From: Chiloscyllium plagiosum
Lineage: Eukaryota
Direction of reading: 5' to 3'
NCBI RefSeq assembly: GCF_004010195.1
Contig: NC_057718.1
Coordinates: 96,966,079 to 97,030,078 of the forward strand
DNA: 64,000 nt
The notes below the pieces were generated by a model. That model made no database searches. It was not told where the DNA came from and saw nothing but the letters and a program-made list of their open reading frames with translations. Position 1 is the first letter of the stretch, and the number at the start of each line of letters is the position of its first letter. A program made the translations under genes and the position numbers. This document shows, piece after piece, positions 1-13,292 of the stretch.

Positions 1-261
1 TTGGTTCCAATGTTCGAACATGAGCCATTGTTCGACCCCAATCCCAACCTTGTAATCGCTGCATAATTACTGCAAGAGGAATGCAGTATTGTAATGCAGA
101 AATCTGACAAACCTAATGTGGATAAGTACAATTGACCAGAATATGGAGAAAACTACGGCTTTGTATTCTGAAACCTGGTCTAGTGCATGTTCCATCAGGT
201 TATTTGTGCTACCAAGGTGATCTGTCTGGGCTTCATTCCCAACAGTGACTACACTTGAGCG

Positions 262-555
262 ATCACACTCCAACACCAAGGAATCACTGGCCCAGGACTG
301 TCCCAAAGTGAAGGAGGAGCATCTGGGAAGGCATTGAACACTTTGAGACTTGCCGTCGGGAGAAAATGGAAGCCAGGTGACAACAGGGAAAGGAGCACAC
401 TGCCACATCAACGCCCCACCCACCCATTCCCGTGACCACCTTTTGCCCCAAGTCGACAGAGCCTGTGGAAGCCTCTATACAGTCCTCTATGGACTTGCCC
501 TGAGAGTGGCAGAGAGTCATCCCCATCTCTGAGGGACCGCCAATGAATGAGTGAT
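262..555 (+). mobile_element. RTE-clade LINE 3' fragment (decayed)
   Basis: Degenerate translation ESLAQDCPK*RRSIWEGIEHFET, followed by a DRACGS Cys-motif remnant and an aatga-type tail; resembles the RTE ORF C-terminus. Confidence 0.65.
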
Positions 556-569
556 ACTCCAGGAAGCAT

Positions 570-1100
570 TTCACAGGATCACAAGGTGCAGAAGGAGGCC
601 ATTCAGCCCATTGTGCCTGCAAGGGTTCTGTTATTTAGTGCCAATCTCCTGTCTTTTTCCCGTATCCCTACACACCATTTCTATCCAAGTAACCGTCCAG
701 TGTCCCTCTTGAATATCTGAATTGAAGACAAATTGCTGGAAAAGCTCAGCAGGTCTGGCAGCATCTGTGCAGAGAGATCAGAGGTAACGTTTCAGATCGA
801 GTGACCCTTCCTCAGAACCTGAATTGAACCTGCCTCTGCCACATTTTCAGGCGTTGCGTTCCAGACCCTAGGTACTCACTCGGTGATATTTCTTTCTCTC
901 CTGTCACCCTTGTTTTGTTTACACATCGCTTTTAAATCTTTGCCGTCTCAATCTTTATTTCTTTTGCAAGTCTCTCCCTATCTATTTTGTCTAGCCCGCT
1001 CATGATTTTGATTTTGAGTACTCCGAACAGATGTCCTTTCAGTCATCAACTCTCCAGGGAGAACAGTCCTAACCTCTTCAATCTAACCTCCTAACTGAAG
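570..1100 (-). mobile_element. Old CR1-type LINE 3' fragment, interrupted by a mini-element at 727-818
   Basis: Tail motif ggaggccattcagccca and body resemble the other CR1 3' ends in the window (e.g. 11245-11712). Confidence 0.6.
727..818 (-). mobile_element. Penelope-like terminal-repeat mini insertion (family C) with hammerhead-like core
   Basis: 10-bp TSD CTGAATTGAA at 717-726 and 819-828; minus strand reads GTT-CTGAGGA-A-GGGTC-ACTC-GATCT-GAAACGTTA. Confidence 0.7.
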
Positions 1101-1640
1101 CTAATTTGGCTGTTAAGCTCTTTGGAACACTATAGAAATTCAATTTATTTCATTTGCGATGAGATTTGAGAAGATACATGAAAATAAAATAAAACAACTC
1201 GACAGAAAAATGCCAAAACTACAATTTGAGAAATTGATAACATTGGAAGCTAATTATATTTTCATCTGTCCACATATTGCATATTAACTTTGATGTCTGG
1301 AGTGAGATTGCAACAAAAGTGTATTGAGTGCACATTGTTCTTGTTGGAGGTGCAATGATGGGTTTATTTATGTGTTAATGGTGCCGGGTCAGAAGAAAAA
1401 TGCTTCTTTGTAATTACACACGAACATCGCACAAATCATCCAAAACGCTTGCGTAAACATTTTTAGATTCCATTTTATTTTCTCGGTAACTGTTATTTCT
1501 GTGCTCGGAATGAGGCTTTAGAAGTGAATCGTTTGCAAGGTTTCATAACTCATAGTGGCGTGAAAAGCATCTGTGTGCGTCTACATCTGAGTGAGAAGGT
1601 CATACAGAAAATCTTCAATTCCCTCCCGCTCCTGGTAAAA

Positions 1641-1750
1641 GAAAGACTTGCACTTCTTTCCACTGCCTGGCATCTCGAGATATTTTGCAAACCCATGAAA
1701 TGATTTTGAAGTGAAGGCGTGTGTAATGTGCAGCCAATTTGCACACAGAG
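1641..1750 (-). mobile_element. Deu-domain-type SINE 3' remnant
   Basis: gaaagacttgca...ttttgaagtg...gcagccaatttgcacacag matches a similar remnant at 62838-62980. Confidence 0.5.
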
Positions 1751-3854
1751 AGTGAAGGCAAGGAGAGGTGGGTAAATTCAAGGGTTAAGAGTTGAGAAGA
1801 GTGAGTAGAGAGTGACACCCAGAGAACGGAGAGGGAAGAGTGGTAACTTGAGAGGGTAGAGGACCTGATGTGACAGGGAGCGCATTCATGATGGGGCAAA
1901 GACAATCTCTTAAAGGCCACATTTAGCTGTCCGGCTTGTCTGGAAAATGAAGTCCACCAGTACCTGGATGACCTCTCTCTCCCTCAAGCCTTGCCTCACC
2001 CTATATCATCTCTCAGCCGAAAGATGGGAAATGAAAGAGAGGAAGAATTAGAAGGAGGCAGGATGAGAAGGAAAGCAGAGACAAGAGGCAGGCGAGAGAG
2101 AGAAAGGGTTGAGAAACGGAGATTTAAAGACAGAAAGAGAGAGAGAGAGACAGCAACACGACAGTGAGAGAGATCAATGTGAGAAAAGCTGTCTTTTTCA
2201 GTGAGATGCGTGCTGCGCCACAGGGGGATCTCTGGTATATAATTTACCTACACTGGTAGCTTCTGTACTCACCACAGAAGCAACAGCCAAAAATATTCAA
2301 AGAAGTGAGCCTTATGAAATAATTAACTGGACCACTAGGGAGTGAATTATCGTCAGATCATCAGCATTATTAACAGAATGTGTTGTGGCCTGGCATGAGT
2401 ATAGTTTGTTAACAAAGGAACATCACCATCTGTAGCTCTTCTGAAGAGAAGAAAAATAATCAAAGTTATGGACTGTTGCCATCTGTACTTGAGATACCAG
2501 ATTCACTGTTAATCCTGGTCCTTTTTTAAAAAGTTTCTACCCATCTTTTATATTCCTCATTTTCAAACATCTTTACTGAAACACGTAACTGTTTTGGAAA
2601 TTGCACACAGGCCAAATTCAAATGTGGTTGTAATTCCAAAGATTTATATTGTCTGAGCAGCATCTGTTGAGGATGGTATCTCACACTATCCAGCTCCATA
2701 ACTTGAACAAAATGATTCCCGTCATCAGCACTGAGTTCAATTAAAATCTCCAAACAGTCGTCCCAGGTGTCCGACATCGCAAGTAGAAAGCTAAAGCACC
2801 TCGGTTTTTTGACAAGTTGACCAGCACTACAAGAAAGATGTGAGAAAGCAAATAGTAGAGAGGTGGAATTGGTAATTGGAGTGTCTGTTTCTCTGGGTCT
2901 TTCATATGGAGCAATTGGAATTAATTTTTTAAATGCAATCATTACATCCTGATGGTTAGCAAAGTAACTATAATTTCTTCAATAACAAATGTTACACTTC
3001 TTAAAATGCATTATTGGGCATCACCGGCTGGAGCTGCATTTATTACCCATCCCTCATTGCCCAGAGGACAGGTTATAGTCAACCACTTTGCTGTGGGTCT
3101 GGAGTCACTTTTTTTTTATAATATATTTTTATTAAGAAAAAATTGTTTTTTAAATATTACAACAAATACAAAACAATGCAATTCAAAACAGTACAAAAAT
3201 AGTACAAAACTAAACCCAAATAATAAAAAAAATTCCCCAACCCACCCTCCTATACGAATGTATAAACATATATAGAGAAGCATAAAATTAAAAAAAAACT
3301 AAACTAGCTATTTAACTAACTAAATAAATACCTAACAACAAACAAATAAATAGTAATAACTCAGCCNNNNNNNNNNNNNNNNNNNNNNNNNNNNNNNNNN
3401 NNNNNNNNNNNNNNNNNNNNNNNNNNNNNNNNNNNNNNNNNNNNNNNNNNNNNNNNNNNNNNNNNNNNNNNNNNNNNNNNNNNNNNNNNNNNNNNNNNNN
3501 NNNNNNNNNNNNNNNNNNNNNNNNNNNNNNNNNNNNNNNNNNNNNNNNNNNNNNNNNNNNNNNNNNNNNNNNNNNNNNNNNNNNNNNNNNNNNNNNNNNN
3601 NNNNNNNNNNNNNNNNNNNNNNNNNNNNNNNNNNNNNNNNNNNNNNNNNNNNNNNNNNNNNNNNNNNNNNNNNNNNNNNNNNNNNNNNNNNNNNNNNNNN
3701 NNNNNNNNNNNNNNNNNNNNNNNNNNNNNNNNNNNNNNNNNNNNNNNNNNNNNNNNNNNNNNNNNNNNNNNNNNNNNNNNNNNNNNNNNNNNNNNNNNNN
3801 NNNNNNNNNNNNNNNNNNNNNNNNNNNNNNNNNNNNNNNNNNNNNNNNNNNNGG

Positions 3855-6800
3855 CTATATAAAAGCCCTTGTTAGTGTGGCAGATAAATCTGTGTCCAGG
3901 TATTTCAAAAAGGGTTGTCATGTCTTGTAATAATTCTCAGTTTTGTGGTGTACCACATTTGTGAGAAAATCCAGGGGAATATGCTCCATAGCAATCTTCC
4001 GCCAACCCGACAGGCCTGGGGGGGTTTTCCCCTATCCAACCGAGCAAGATATCCTTCCTTGCACTGAATGTAAGAATATTGAAAAGTTTTGCCTTATGCG
4101 AGTCTGCAGGAAATACAATGGGTAGGCCCAAAAGGAGCAAAATAGAGTCCTTCTCCACCCTTACACCTAAAATCCTCTCCATTGCACCCACCACAGCGCT
4201 CCAATATGTTTGAAGCCTGTCACAAGACCAAAGACAATGGGTAAGAGTACCCGTGCAGACCTTGCACTTGGGACATGCTGAAGATACCCCTGGTTTAAAT
4301 TTTGACAAACGGTCTGAGGCTAAGTGGACCCTGTGGAGAATCTTCAACTGTAAAGCATGGATCCTATTGCAAATTGATATCTTCCTTACATTCTCCCAAA
4401 TATCCTTCCATGCCTCTGAAGAAACTTCAACACCCAGCCTCTTTCCCACATCTTGCAGAGTCGATCAGACTCATCTGAGGTGGCACCCCCCAACTGGTGA
4501 TATAGAGTACTGATAGAGAGTGTGCTCTTAGCCCTTAGTACCCCTCTTTCTATGTCAGATTTGTAGGGATCAGTCAAAAGTGTGGTCCTTTTTTGAATAA
4601 AATCCCTAACTTGAAAAAAACGAAAGCGGTCTCTATTAGGTAACTCGTACTTCTGTACTAACTGATCGAAGGACATCATTACGTCTCCCTCAAATAAATC
4701 ACCCATGCAAGATATACCCCTAGCTGCCCAATGTTTAAATCCTGAATCTATCATACCTGATTGAAAACTCGGCATACTCACTAAAGATGTAAACAAAGAT
4801 GTTTTGCCAATATTACCTTCCCTCTGCCAAATTGCTCTCCATGCTTTAACAGTATTGATGACTATTGGGTTATGGCAATATTCCCTAACTGTCCTCACCT
4901 TGTCCAAAAACAGCAAACTGGTAAGAGGGCACCTTGCCTGGGAGGCTTAGATATCTAGCCATATTGAAAGAGGGTCCCCACAAACCCAATCACTTACGTA
5001 GGTCAAAAGCGAGCTTAATTGGTAATTTTTAATGTCCGGAGGGTCTACTCCCCCCAATCTGTGAGGCAACTGCAGTTTGGCTAATTTAATGAGGGGCCAT
5101 TTACGGTGCCAGATAAAGGAGCTGAACCAACTGTTCAGTCTCCTGAGTGTTTGTTTATTGAAAATCAGGGGGAGCATCCATATAGGGTATAGCAAACAAG
5201 GGAGAATATTCATCTTAATAAGTGCTATCCGACCCAACCATGAAATGGGAAGTGTCTCCCATCTTTGGAGATCTTGTTTAATTTTTTCAAATAATTGAGT
5301 AAAATTGGCTTTGAACAGCCAATCCAGAACTGGAGTAATGAATGTGCCCAAATATACAAACCCCTTATGTGACCACCTAAATGGGAATCTACAGTCACTC
5401 TCAAGAGCCAACTCTTTCGTAAGACCACCCATAGGCATAGCATCTGATTTAGCAAAATTAATCTTATATCCTGAAAAAGCGCCAAACGCGTGAATGCATT
5501 GTATCAGGCAAGGCACTGAAACTGCTGGATTTGTCAAGAAAATTAGAACATCATCTGCATACAGCGAGATCTTATGTAATTTTGACCCCACTTCTGGAGC
5601 TGATATATTGAGATCCCCATGAATGGCCTCTGCCAACGGTTTAATCACCAATATAAAAAGTAATGGTGAAAGGGGACAGCCCTACCGGCTGCCCCTAGAA
5701 ATATTAAAATTGCTTGATCGTACCCCGTTGGTAATGACCGCAGCGAGAGGTACACTGTAGAGAACCTTTACCCATCTTATGAAAACTTCGCCCAGACCAA
5801 ACCGGTCTAGAGTATAGAGCTGAAAATGTGACTCAACTCGGTCAAATACCTTCTCTGCATCTAAAGAAATCACCAATCCCTGTATCGACTGCTGTTGGCA
5901 TGCTTGAATTACCATTAAGCAGCCTCCTAACGTTATTGGAGGATCTGNNNNNNNNNNNNNNNNNNNNNNNNNNNNNNNNNNNNNNNNNNNNNNNNNNNNN
6001 NNNNNNNNNNNNNNNNNNNNNNNNNNNNNNNNNNNNNNNNNNNNNNNNNNNNNNNNNNNNNNNNNNNNNNNNNNNNNNNNNNNNNNNNNNNNNNNNNNNN
6101 NNNNNNNNNNNNNNNNNNNNNNNNNNNNNNNNNNNNNNNNNNNNNNNNNNNNNNNNNNNNNNNNNNNNNNNNNNNNNNNNNNNNNNNNNNNNNNNNNNNN
6201 NNNNNNNNNNNNNNNNNNNNNNNNNNNNNNNNNNNNNNNNNNNNNNNNNNNNNNNNNNNNNNNNNNNNNNNNNNNNNNNNNNNNNNNNNNNNNNNNNNNN
6301 NNNNNNNNNNNNNNNNNNNNNNNNNNNNNNNNNNNNNNNNNNNNNNNNNNNNNNNNNNNNNNNNNNNNNNNNNNNNNNNNNNNNNNNNNNNNNNNNNNNN
6401 NNNNNNNNNNNNNNNNNNNNNNNNNNNNNNNNNNNNNNNNNNNNNNNNNNNNNNNNNNNNNNNNNNNNNNNNNNNNNNNNNNNNNNNNNNNNNNNNNNNN
6501 NNNNNNNNNNNNNNNNNNNNNNNNNNNNNNNNNNNNNNNNNNNNNNNNNNNNNNNNNNNNNNNNNNNNNNNNNNNNNNNAATCACCAACATAAAAAGTAA
6601 TGGTGAAAGGGGACAGCCTTGCCGGCTGCCCCTAGAAATATTAAAATTGCTTGATCATACCCCATTGGTAATGACCGCAGCGAGAGGTACACTGTAGAGA
6701 ACCTTAACCCATCTTATGAAAACAGTCCTCACTTTCTCCCGGTCTAGAGTATAGAAAAGGTACGGCCACTCAACTCGGTCAAATGCCTTCTCTGCATCTA

Positions 6801-8586
6801 AAGAAATCACCAATCCCTGTATTGACTGCTGTTGGCATACTTGAATTACGTTAAGCAGCCTCCTAATGTTATTGGAGGATCTGCAACCCTTTATGAAGCC
6901 CGTCTGATTCTCTTTAATAATTGAGGATAACACAGTCTCCAGCCTTAACGCAAGAGCCTTAGAGAGGATCTTAAAGTCCGCATTTAAGAGTGAGATGGGC
7001 CTGTATGAAGCACAGTCTTCCGGATCCTTCCCTTTTTTAAGGATAAGTGAAATATTGGCCTCTCTCAGAGATGGTGGGAGACAAACATGACTGTATGAAT
7101 CATTAAACATATTCAGCATCGGACCTGACGGTATACTTAGGAATTCCTTATAGAATTCACTGGGAAGTCCATCAGGACCGGGCGCCTTTCCACTCTGAAG
7201 CTGCCTTACAGCTTCCTGCACTTCTTGCTCTGATAATGGGATATTGAGAAAGGACTGTTGTTCGGGAGTCACACCCGGGAGCTTCAGATCCCTAAAAAAG
7301 GATTCCATTTTGGTCTGCCCCTCCTCACAATTCTCAGACTGATATAACTTAGAGTAGAATCTCTGGAACGCCACATTAATCTTTTTAGAATCACATTTTA
7401 GGTTCCCAGACCCTTCCCTAATCGTTGTAATGGTTTGTGGGGCACTTCTCTTTCTGGCAAGGTGGGCTAAGTATTTGCCTGGCTTGTCACCATGCTCGTA
7501 TAACCTTTGCTTTGCAAAAGCCAGCTCCTTCTTTGCCGTCTGCGTGAGCACGGAATTTGTTGCAGACCGCAGTGCCGTAATCCTCTGTAGTTTGACCAAC
7601 GAGGGTCTGTCAAAATAGGCCTTCTCGGCTGCCTTCAACCGTGCTTCAAGGAGACGTTGCTGCTCACCCTTCTGCCGCTTCCTACTTGTGGAATATGAAA
7701 TAACTAACCTTCTGGCATAAGCTTTGGCAGTTTCCCAGAGAACAGATGAGCTATCAACCGAGTGTATGTTGATGTCTAGGAATGCCCGAAATTCCCTAGA
7801 GAAATACTCCACAAACTTGCTGTCCGTGAGAATAAAGGGATCCATTCGCCAGTACCTTGAATCCACTGTAACATCCTTAATTTTAACCATGAGGTACACT
7901 GGAGCATGATCAGAGATGGCAATATTACCAATCGTACAGGATGCCACCAGATCCAGGGTTACCGCAGCGGTCAGAAAAAAAATCAATCCTCGTGTGACAT
8001 CTGTGCGGATTGGAAAAAACGTGAAATCCCTACCTGTAGGGTGGAGACACCTCCAGACGTCCACCAACCCTAATTCCCCACACAAACCCGATAACTGTTT
8101 AGTTTGTGCAGAGGGTATCGAGGGACCTTTACGCAACCTGTCTACTGTGGGGTCCATGAGGCAGTTAAAATCTCCCCCTATAATGATGTGCCGAGACTTG
8201 AGACTTATCAGTTTAGAAATAGCATCTACCAAGAATTTAAGAGGATGAGCTGGGGGACAATAAACATTTAAAATGCCATATTCTTCCCCTTTTATCAAGG
8301 CTTTAAGAATTACAAACCTCCCGTATGTGTCTTTAACACATTCCAACAATTTAAATGAGAGATTTTTCCTAACCAATATAGCCACTCCCCTACTTCTGGT
8401 ATTAAATGATGTAAAATAAACTCAGTCAAAGCCATTCTGCTGTAATTTCAGATGCTCCTTGTCATCCAAGTGTGTCTCCTGTAACAAAGCAATATCCACC
8501 TTCTTTCTCAAACTCAAGAGTACCTTCTTCCTCTTAATTGGTGAGTGACTTCCCTTGATATTCCAGGTAATCAAATCATTAGCCAT
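3855..8586 (-). pseudogene. L1 ORF2p (APE endonuclease, reverse transcriptase, C-terminal Cys motif), broken by stops and frameshifts
   Basis: TWNIKG, LQETHL, GGDFN and SDH (EN); GKAPGPDG, YRPISLLN, SLDAEKAFD and LYADD (RT); CPKC...HCLWSC; ATG at 8586, terminal TAG at 3855-3857. Confidence 0.92.
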
Positions 8587-9200
8587 AATCTTCTGCAATT
8601 ACATTTCAATTCCAGAGAGGAGGAAGCCGAACCACAAATTGCTGAGCCTTAGTGTCGCATGATCCACCAAATATAAAAACTACATGAACTAAAACCACTA
8701 CATTTAACAAACATACAAAATTATTAAAAATAAAAAAACAACAAAAACCAGAAAACAAACCAACATATAAAGCGCCAAGAGCGCTGAGTAGGGGAACTCA
8801 CCCCCTGCCCGGAGGGGGCAACTACCCATCCCGAACTGCCCATAAATAGGCATCTAACCATCTCAACCACCTTCACTTCTCCCAGCTAGAGCCGCATCGC
8901 AAGCACAAGCTAAAAAGAATAAACACCCCATAGAATATCAATATGAATAAAAAAACATTCTTTTATTAAAAAAATGAGGGAATAAATACCCCACCCATCC
9001 TTTGGTATATCCTAACTTAGAAATTTAAAATGTACATCTTAACCACCGCCAGACATAGTTTGAACCAAATTATTATCAATAGATGGAAAAAGAAGGGGAA
9101 AAAACAAAGCTCCAACCAGATTTCCTCCATTTCTTTTACAGAATGATAAACGCATACCCAAGCAATAATATTTATACATACTACAATTGTTTAACTTAAG

Positions 9201-9980
9201 TTAGTTTGTCCATAAAGTCTCTTGCCTTCTCCGATATGTCAAAGAGATGCATGGACCATCTAAGGTGATCCGAAGCACTGCCGGATATCTCAGGGAGTCC
9301 TGAATCCCAAGCTCCTTCAATCTTCTCTTGACACCATCATACAATTTTCGTGTCTGGATCACCGCCGCTGACAAGCCCTGAAAAAACATGATCTTAGACC
9401 CCTCGTAAATTAGGGCCTTTGGATCCTTCTCCTTATCCTGGTAATGATGGAACCGCACCAGGAAAGGACGAGGGCGTTGACCCAGACCTGACCTCCGTGC
9501 TGCGATCCGGTGAGCCCTCTCTATCTTCAATCCTCTTATGCCAGTCTCCAACTCGAGGAATTTCGGAAGCCAATCTTCAACAAATTCTGCAGGCCGCTCA
9601 CGATCCTTGCCCTCAGGCAGACCGATGATCCGAATGTTTTTTCTCCTGCCCCTGTTTTCAAGATCATGCACTTGGTCACGCAAATTACGAACCTGCGTCT
9701 TCAGGGCTTGGATCTCATCCTTGAATGAACTTGCATCAGCTTCCACCACTGTGACCCTGTGCTCCACCTCATCCGTCCTCTTCTCCAGGTCTCCCAGCTG
9801 CTGCTCATGCTTCTGCAGCATGAGAGAGACTGGAGCCAGCTTCTCTTCAATCTGTTTCCCCAGCATCTTGAGAGATTTCGAGAGCTGATTCACCAGGTCC
9901 TGGAGAGTAATCTGCTCTGAGGCTGCTGCAGGCTGAGCTGCAGACTTGGCCTCAGATGCTCTTCCTTCCTTTTTAGGCAT
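9201..9980 (-). pseudogene. L1 ORF1p (coiled coil plus RRM), frameshifted or deleted near the C-terminus
   Basis: Coiled-coil N-terminus followed by LENRGRRKNIRIIGLPEG, IERAHR and PRPFLVRF motifs typical of L1 ORF1p. Confidence 0.9.
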
Positions 9981-10133
9981 TTCTGGACAGGTAAGTCAAT
10001 TTTTAAATGTTTCTTGGGGCTCCACAATCTTTCCAACACCCTAAGAAATCCCGATGACCTGGGTTGGGTGGGTTAAAGGACCGTCCTGCTCCTGCTGCGA
10101 TGCGAAGCTCTGCAGTGTGATTTTCTCAGATCA

Positions 10134-10143
10134 CCGCCATCTT
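10134..10143 (-). promoter_or_regulatory. YY1-type site at the L1 5' end
   Basis: AAGATGGCGG a few bases after the 5' G-run, the same placement as in mammalian L1 promoters. Confidence 0.65.
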
Positions 10144-10394
10144 AGATCCCCCCCGGAGTCACGTTTAACTCAGATCAAATAAGAACAGCAGGTTTCCGCT
10201 GATAAAGGAGATCACTGAACCAGGTGGGAATTTTCTCCCACCAATTGATTATTAATTCCAGATTTTAATTCAGTTCCACCATCGGTGATGGCGGCATTCA
10301 AACCCAGCTCCCCAGGATATTACCTGGGTCTCTGGATTAATCCTCTTGTGGTAATACCACTAGGTCACCATCTCCCCCAGTCAATGAAAATGTC

Positions 10395-10778
10395 CCAAGT
10401 CTTCATACAAGTGGGATTTGACCATGTTATTTCGTGCAATTCTGGTCTCCTTCCTATCGGAATGATGTTGTGAAATGTGAAAGGGTTCAGAAAGGATTTA
10501 CAAGGCTGTTGCCAGGGTTGGAGGATTTGAGCTATAGGGAGAGGCTGAACAGGCTGGGGCTGTTTTCCCTGGAGCGTTGGACACTGAGGGGTGACCTTAT
10601 CGAGGTTTACAAAATTTATGAGGGTAAAAGGCATCTGGATGGGTATATGAATAGGAAGGGTTTGGAGGGATATGGACTGGGTGCTGGCATGTGGGACACG
10701 ATTGGGTTGGGATATCTGGTTGGTATGGATGAGTTGGGCCAAGTCTGTTTCCATGCTGCACATCTCTATGACTCTATG
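10395..10778 (+). mobile_element. CR1/HER1-type LINE 3' fragment with internal deletion
   Basis: QFWSPSYR...ERVQKGFTRLLPGLEDLSYRERLNRLGLFSLE...RGDLIEVYKI; gactctat tail. Confidence 0.9.
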
Positions 10779-11244
10779 AATAAGCAGTGACTTCAAATCC
10801 GATGCAGTAAAGGTGACCCACAGCCTTTCTATAATCTGTTCTGAAGAGCAAATTCATTTGCCAGATGAAAGAGGCTTGGGTCGGAGCAAGTATCATTATC
10901 ACAAGTCTCAATATCGTATGATAGCAGATTGTTTGCAGTCGACGTTACCTGTTAACTTTAGTAGCTGTCAGGAGCAACTTGTCTCCATTTGTCCGTGGGT
11001 ATCAATTGTGAATAAATACACATTAAAGCACATGCATCAACATAACGTTTTGCCATTTTTTTTCCCATTTGTTGCCAGATATTGGAACTTTAAACAGGAT
11101 GGAATGAATATTTTGCCCTTGATGTACAGGGTGAATTAGCAGCACTAAACACTGGAAATGACACGTTTTCAATGCCTAAACCTGTTGTTCTCACAATGTA
11201 AATATTTGCATTTTGGCTTCACTAAACAGTCCACCTGAAAAACG

Positions 11245-11712
11245 TAAGAACTAGGAGCAGGAGACCATCTGACCCACTGAGCCTGCTGCACCATTCAGTA
11301 AGATCATGGCTGATCTTTTTGTGGACTCAGCTCCACTCACCACCACCACCCCCACCCCTACACCCGCCCTCATCATTACCCTTAATTCCTTTACTGTAGA
11401 AAAATCCATCTTTACCTTAAAAACATTCAGTGAGGTAGCCTCAACTGCTTCCCTGGGCAGGGAATTCCACAGATTCACAACCCTCTGGGTGAAGAAGTTC
11501 CTCCTCAGCTCAGTCCTAAATCTGCTCCCCCCCCTTGTTTTGAGGCTATGCCCCCTCATTCTACTTTCACCTACCAGTGGAAACAATCTCCCTGCTTCTA
11601 TCTTATCTATTCCCTTCATTATTTTATACGTTTCTATAAAATCCCCCCCTCTCATTCTTCTAAATTCGAATGGATATAATCCCAGTCTACTCAGTCTCTC
11701 CTCGTAAGCCAG
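11245..11712 (-). mobile_element. CR1-type LINE 3' fragment
   Basis: YEERLSRLGLY...RRMRGGDFIETYKIMKG...FFTQRVVNLWNSLP. Confidence 0.9.
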
Positions 11713-12197
11713 GTTAATGACTCTATGACTAAGTGATGTGAATATTGCTGAAAAGTGGGAGGTGGTCAAAAATTCTCAAAAATCAGGACCAATTCAGTAA
11801 TGCTTTTCTCTACCGCAACATCTCGGCCAATCTGTCAACCAGTAAGTACTTTCTCCTCCTGCCGCATAACTTCTTGTGGTGATTTGAAATTTGGCATTTT
11901 TGCATTTGTCCTGATAAACAAATGATGAAAAGCATTGGAACCATGTCTGTTTTTTTTATTTTCTCAGCAGCTGTTTGATGACAAGATAGGTGTTTTTGTA
12001 CACGGAGACCCTAACACTCTGACAGTCACTAACATCAGTAATCTCAGGTCGGTGGTGTATGGAGCTGTTCACTTCACTCACAAATAAATAGTAGGGACTC
12101 TTTTTAAAAAAAAAAAAAATTAGTTTGCACTCTGTGAATAAAATCCTGTTAGTGCGGATATATATCTGAGGTCAAGTATGTTGATTTAGGCACTTGT

Positions 12198-12655
12198 AGA
12201 GTCATAGGGCTGTACAGCATGGAAACAGACCCTTCAGTCCAACTCATCCATGCCGACCAGATATCCTAAATGTATCTCGTCCTATCTTCCAACATTTCAC
12301 CCTATCCCCCTCAACCCTTCCTATTCATTTCCCCATCCAGATGCCTTTTAAATGTTGTAATTGTACCAGTCTCCACCATTTCCTGTGGCAGCTCATTCCA
12401 TACACACACCACCCTTTGCATCAAAAGGTTCCCCCTTAGCTCCCTTTTAAATCTTTCCCCTCTCACCTTCAACCTATGCCCTCTAGTTTTGACCACCTCT
12501 ACCCAGGGGAAAAGACCTTGTCTATTTACCCTATCCATGCTCCTCATGATTTTATAAACTTCTATAATAAGGTCACCCCTCAGCCTCCAACGCTCCAGGG
12601 AAAACAGCCCTAGCCTGTTCAGCCTTCCCCTATAGCTCAAACCCTCCAACCTTCC
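12198..12655 (-). mobile_element. CR1/HER1-type LINE 3' fragment
   Basis: LEGLSYRGRLNRLGLFSLE...TRGH...QRVVCVWNELP. Confidence 0.9.
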
Positions 12656-13292
12656 CAGTATAAATATAGAGCACATTTGCCACCAGTGGACAGAACACCC
12701 ATTTGTTTTGGTTTTTACTTTAGTCTCCCAAAAATATAAAAGTAAAATATCCGGAAGGAAGAACTTGTGTTTCTCTGTTGAGTTGCACAAACTCAGGGCA
12801 CTCCAGAGCTCTTTTGCATAAAGTACTTTCTGTAGCACAATAATAGAAAACATAGGAACAGAATTAGGCAATTCAGCCCATTGAACTGCTGCACCTTTCA
12901 GTGAGACCATGGCTAATCTGATCATCCTCAACTTACCTTTCCCTGCCTTTACCCCATAACCCTTCATTCCTTTACTGATTAAAAATCTATTTCAGCCTTG
13001 AAAGTGCTAATGATTAATCATTAGCAGTAACCATTGTCAACCTGCTTTGTTTTTGGGTATGGCTGTAGCCTTGTCTTTCCCCATCTCTGTGAAATGCAGC
13101 CTTACAACTTTCGAGAATATTCCTGTTTGTCTAATTCTGGCCTCTGGAGTATCCCTGATTTCAAGTGCTGGGCGGGTGGTGTCCATGTTTCAAACATCCG
13201 ACTTACAGATGAGATCCCACGTTAACAATGAACTTAAAGATTTGACACGCGAGCAGTTGCTCGGACTTATGAACAACAGTTTCATATTTTTT

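Larger units (their letters stand above)
3109..10154 (-). mobile_element. Full-length, inactivated L1-clade LINE
   Basis: TSD GGAGTCAC at 3101-3108 and 10155-10162; 5' end GGGGGGGATCTAAGATGGCGG; ORF1 and ORF2 (EN+RT) homology; poly-A tail (T run on plus strand from 3109); contains two N gaps. Confidence 0.95.
3010..10380 (-). mobile_element. Older tRNA-derived SINE with L2-type tail, split by the L1 (pieces 3010-3108 and 10163-10380)
   Basis: Rejoined flanks gctgtgggtctggagtcac|gtttaactcagatc...aaaggagatcactgaacc match intact copies at 53060-53320 (-) and 58840-59190 (+). Confidence 0.7.

Noticed and set aside
1581..1631. Possible minus-strand terminal exon EREGIEDFLYDLLTQM* after tctttcttttaccag
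   Set aside because: The pyrimidine tract is supplied by the tail of a SINE remnant (1641-1750). No protein was recognised and no upstream partner exon was found.
2526..2942. 138-aa minus-strand ORF
   Set aside because: No recognisable domain and no convincing splice donor; consistent with a chance ORF.
3361..3921. Long ORFs running through N gaps (also 5828-6697, 56379-56829, 60158-60485)
   Set aside because: Artefacts of translating Ns.
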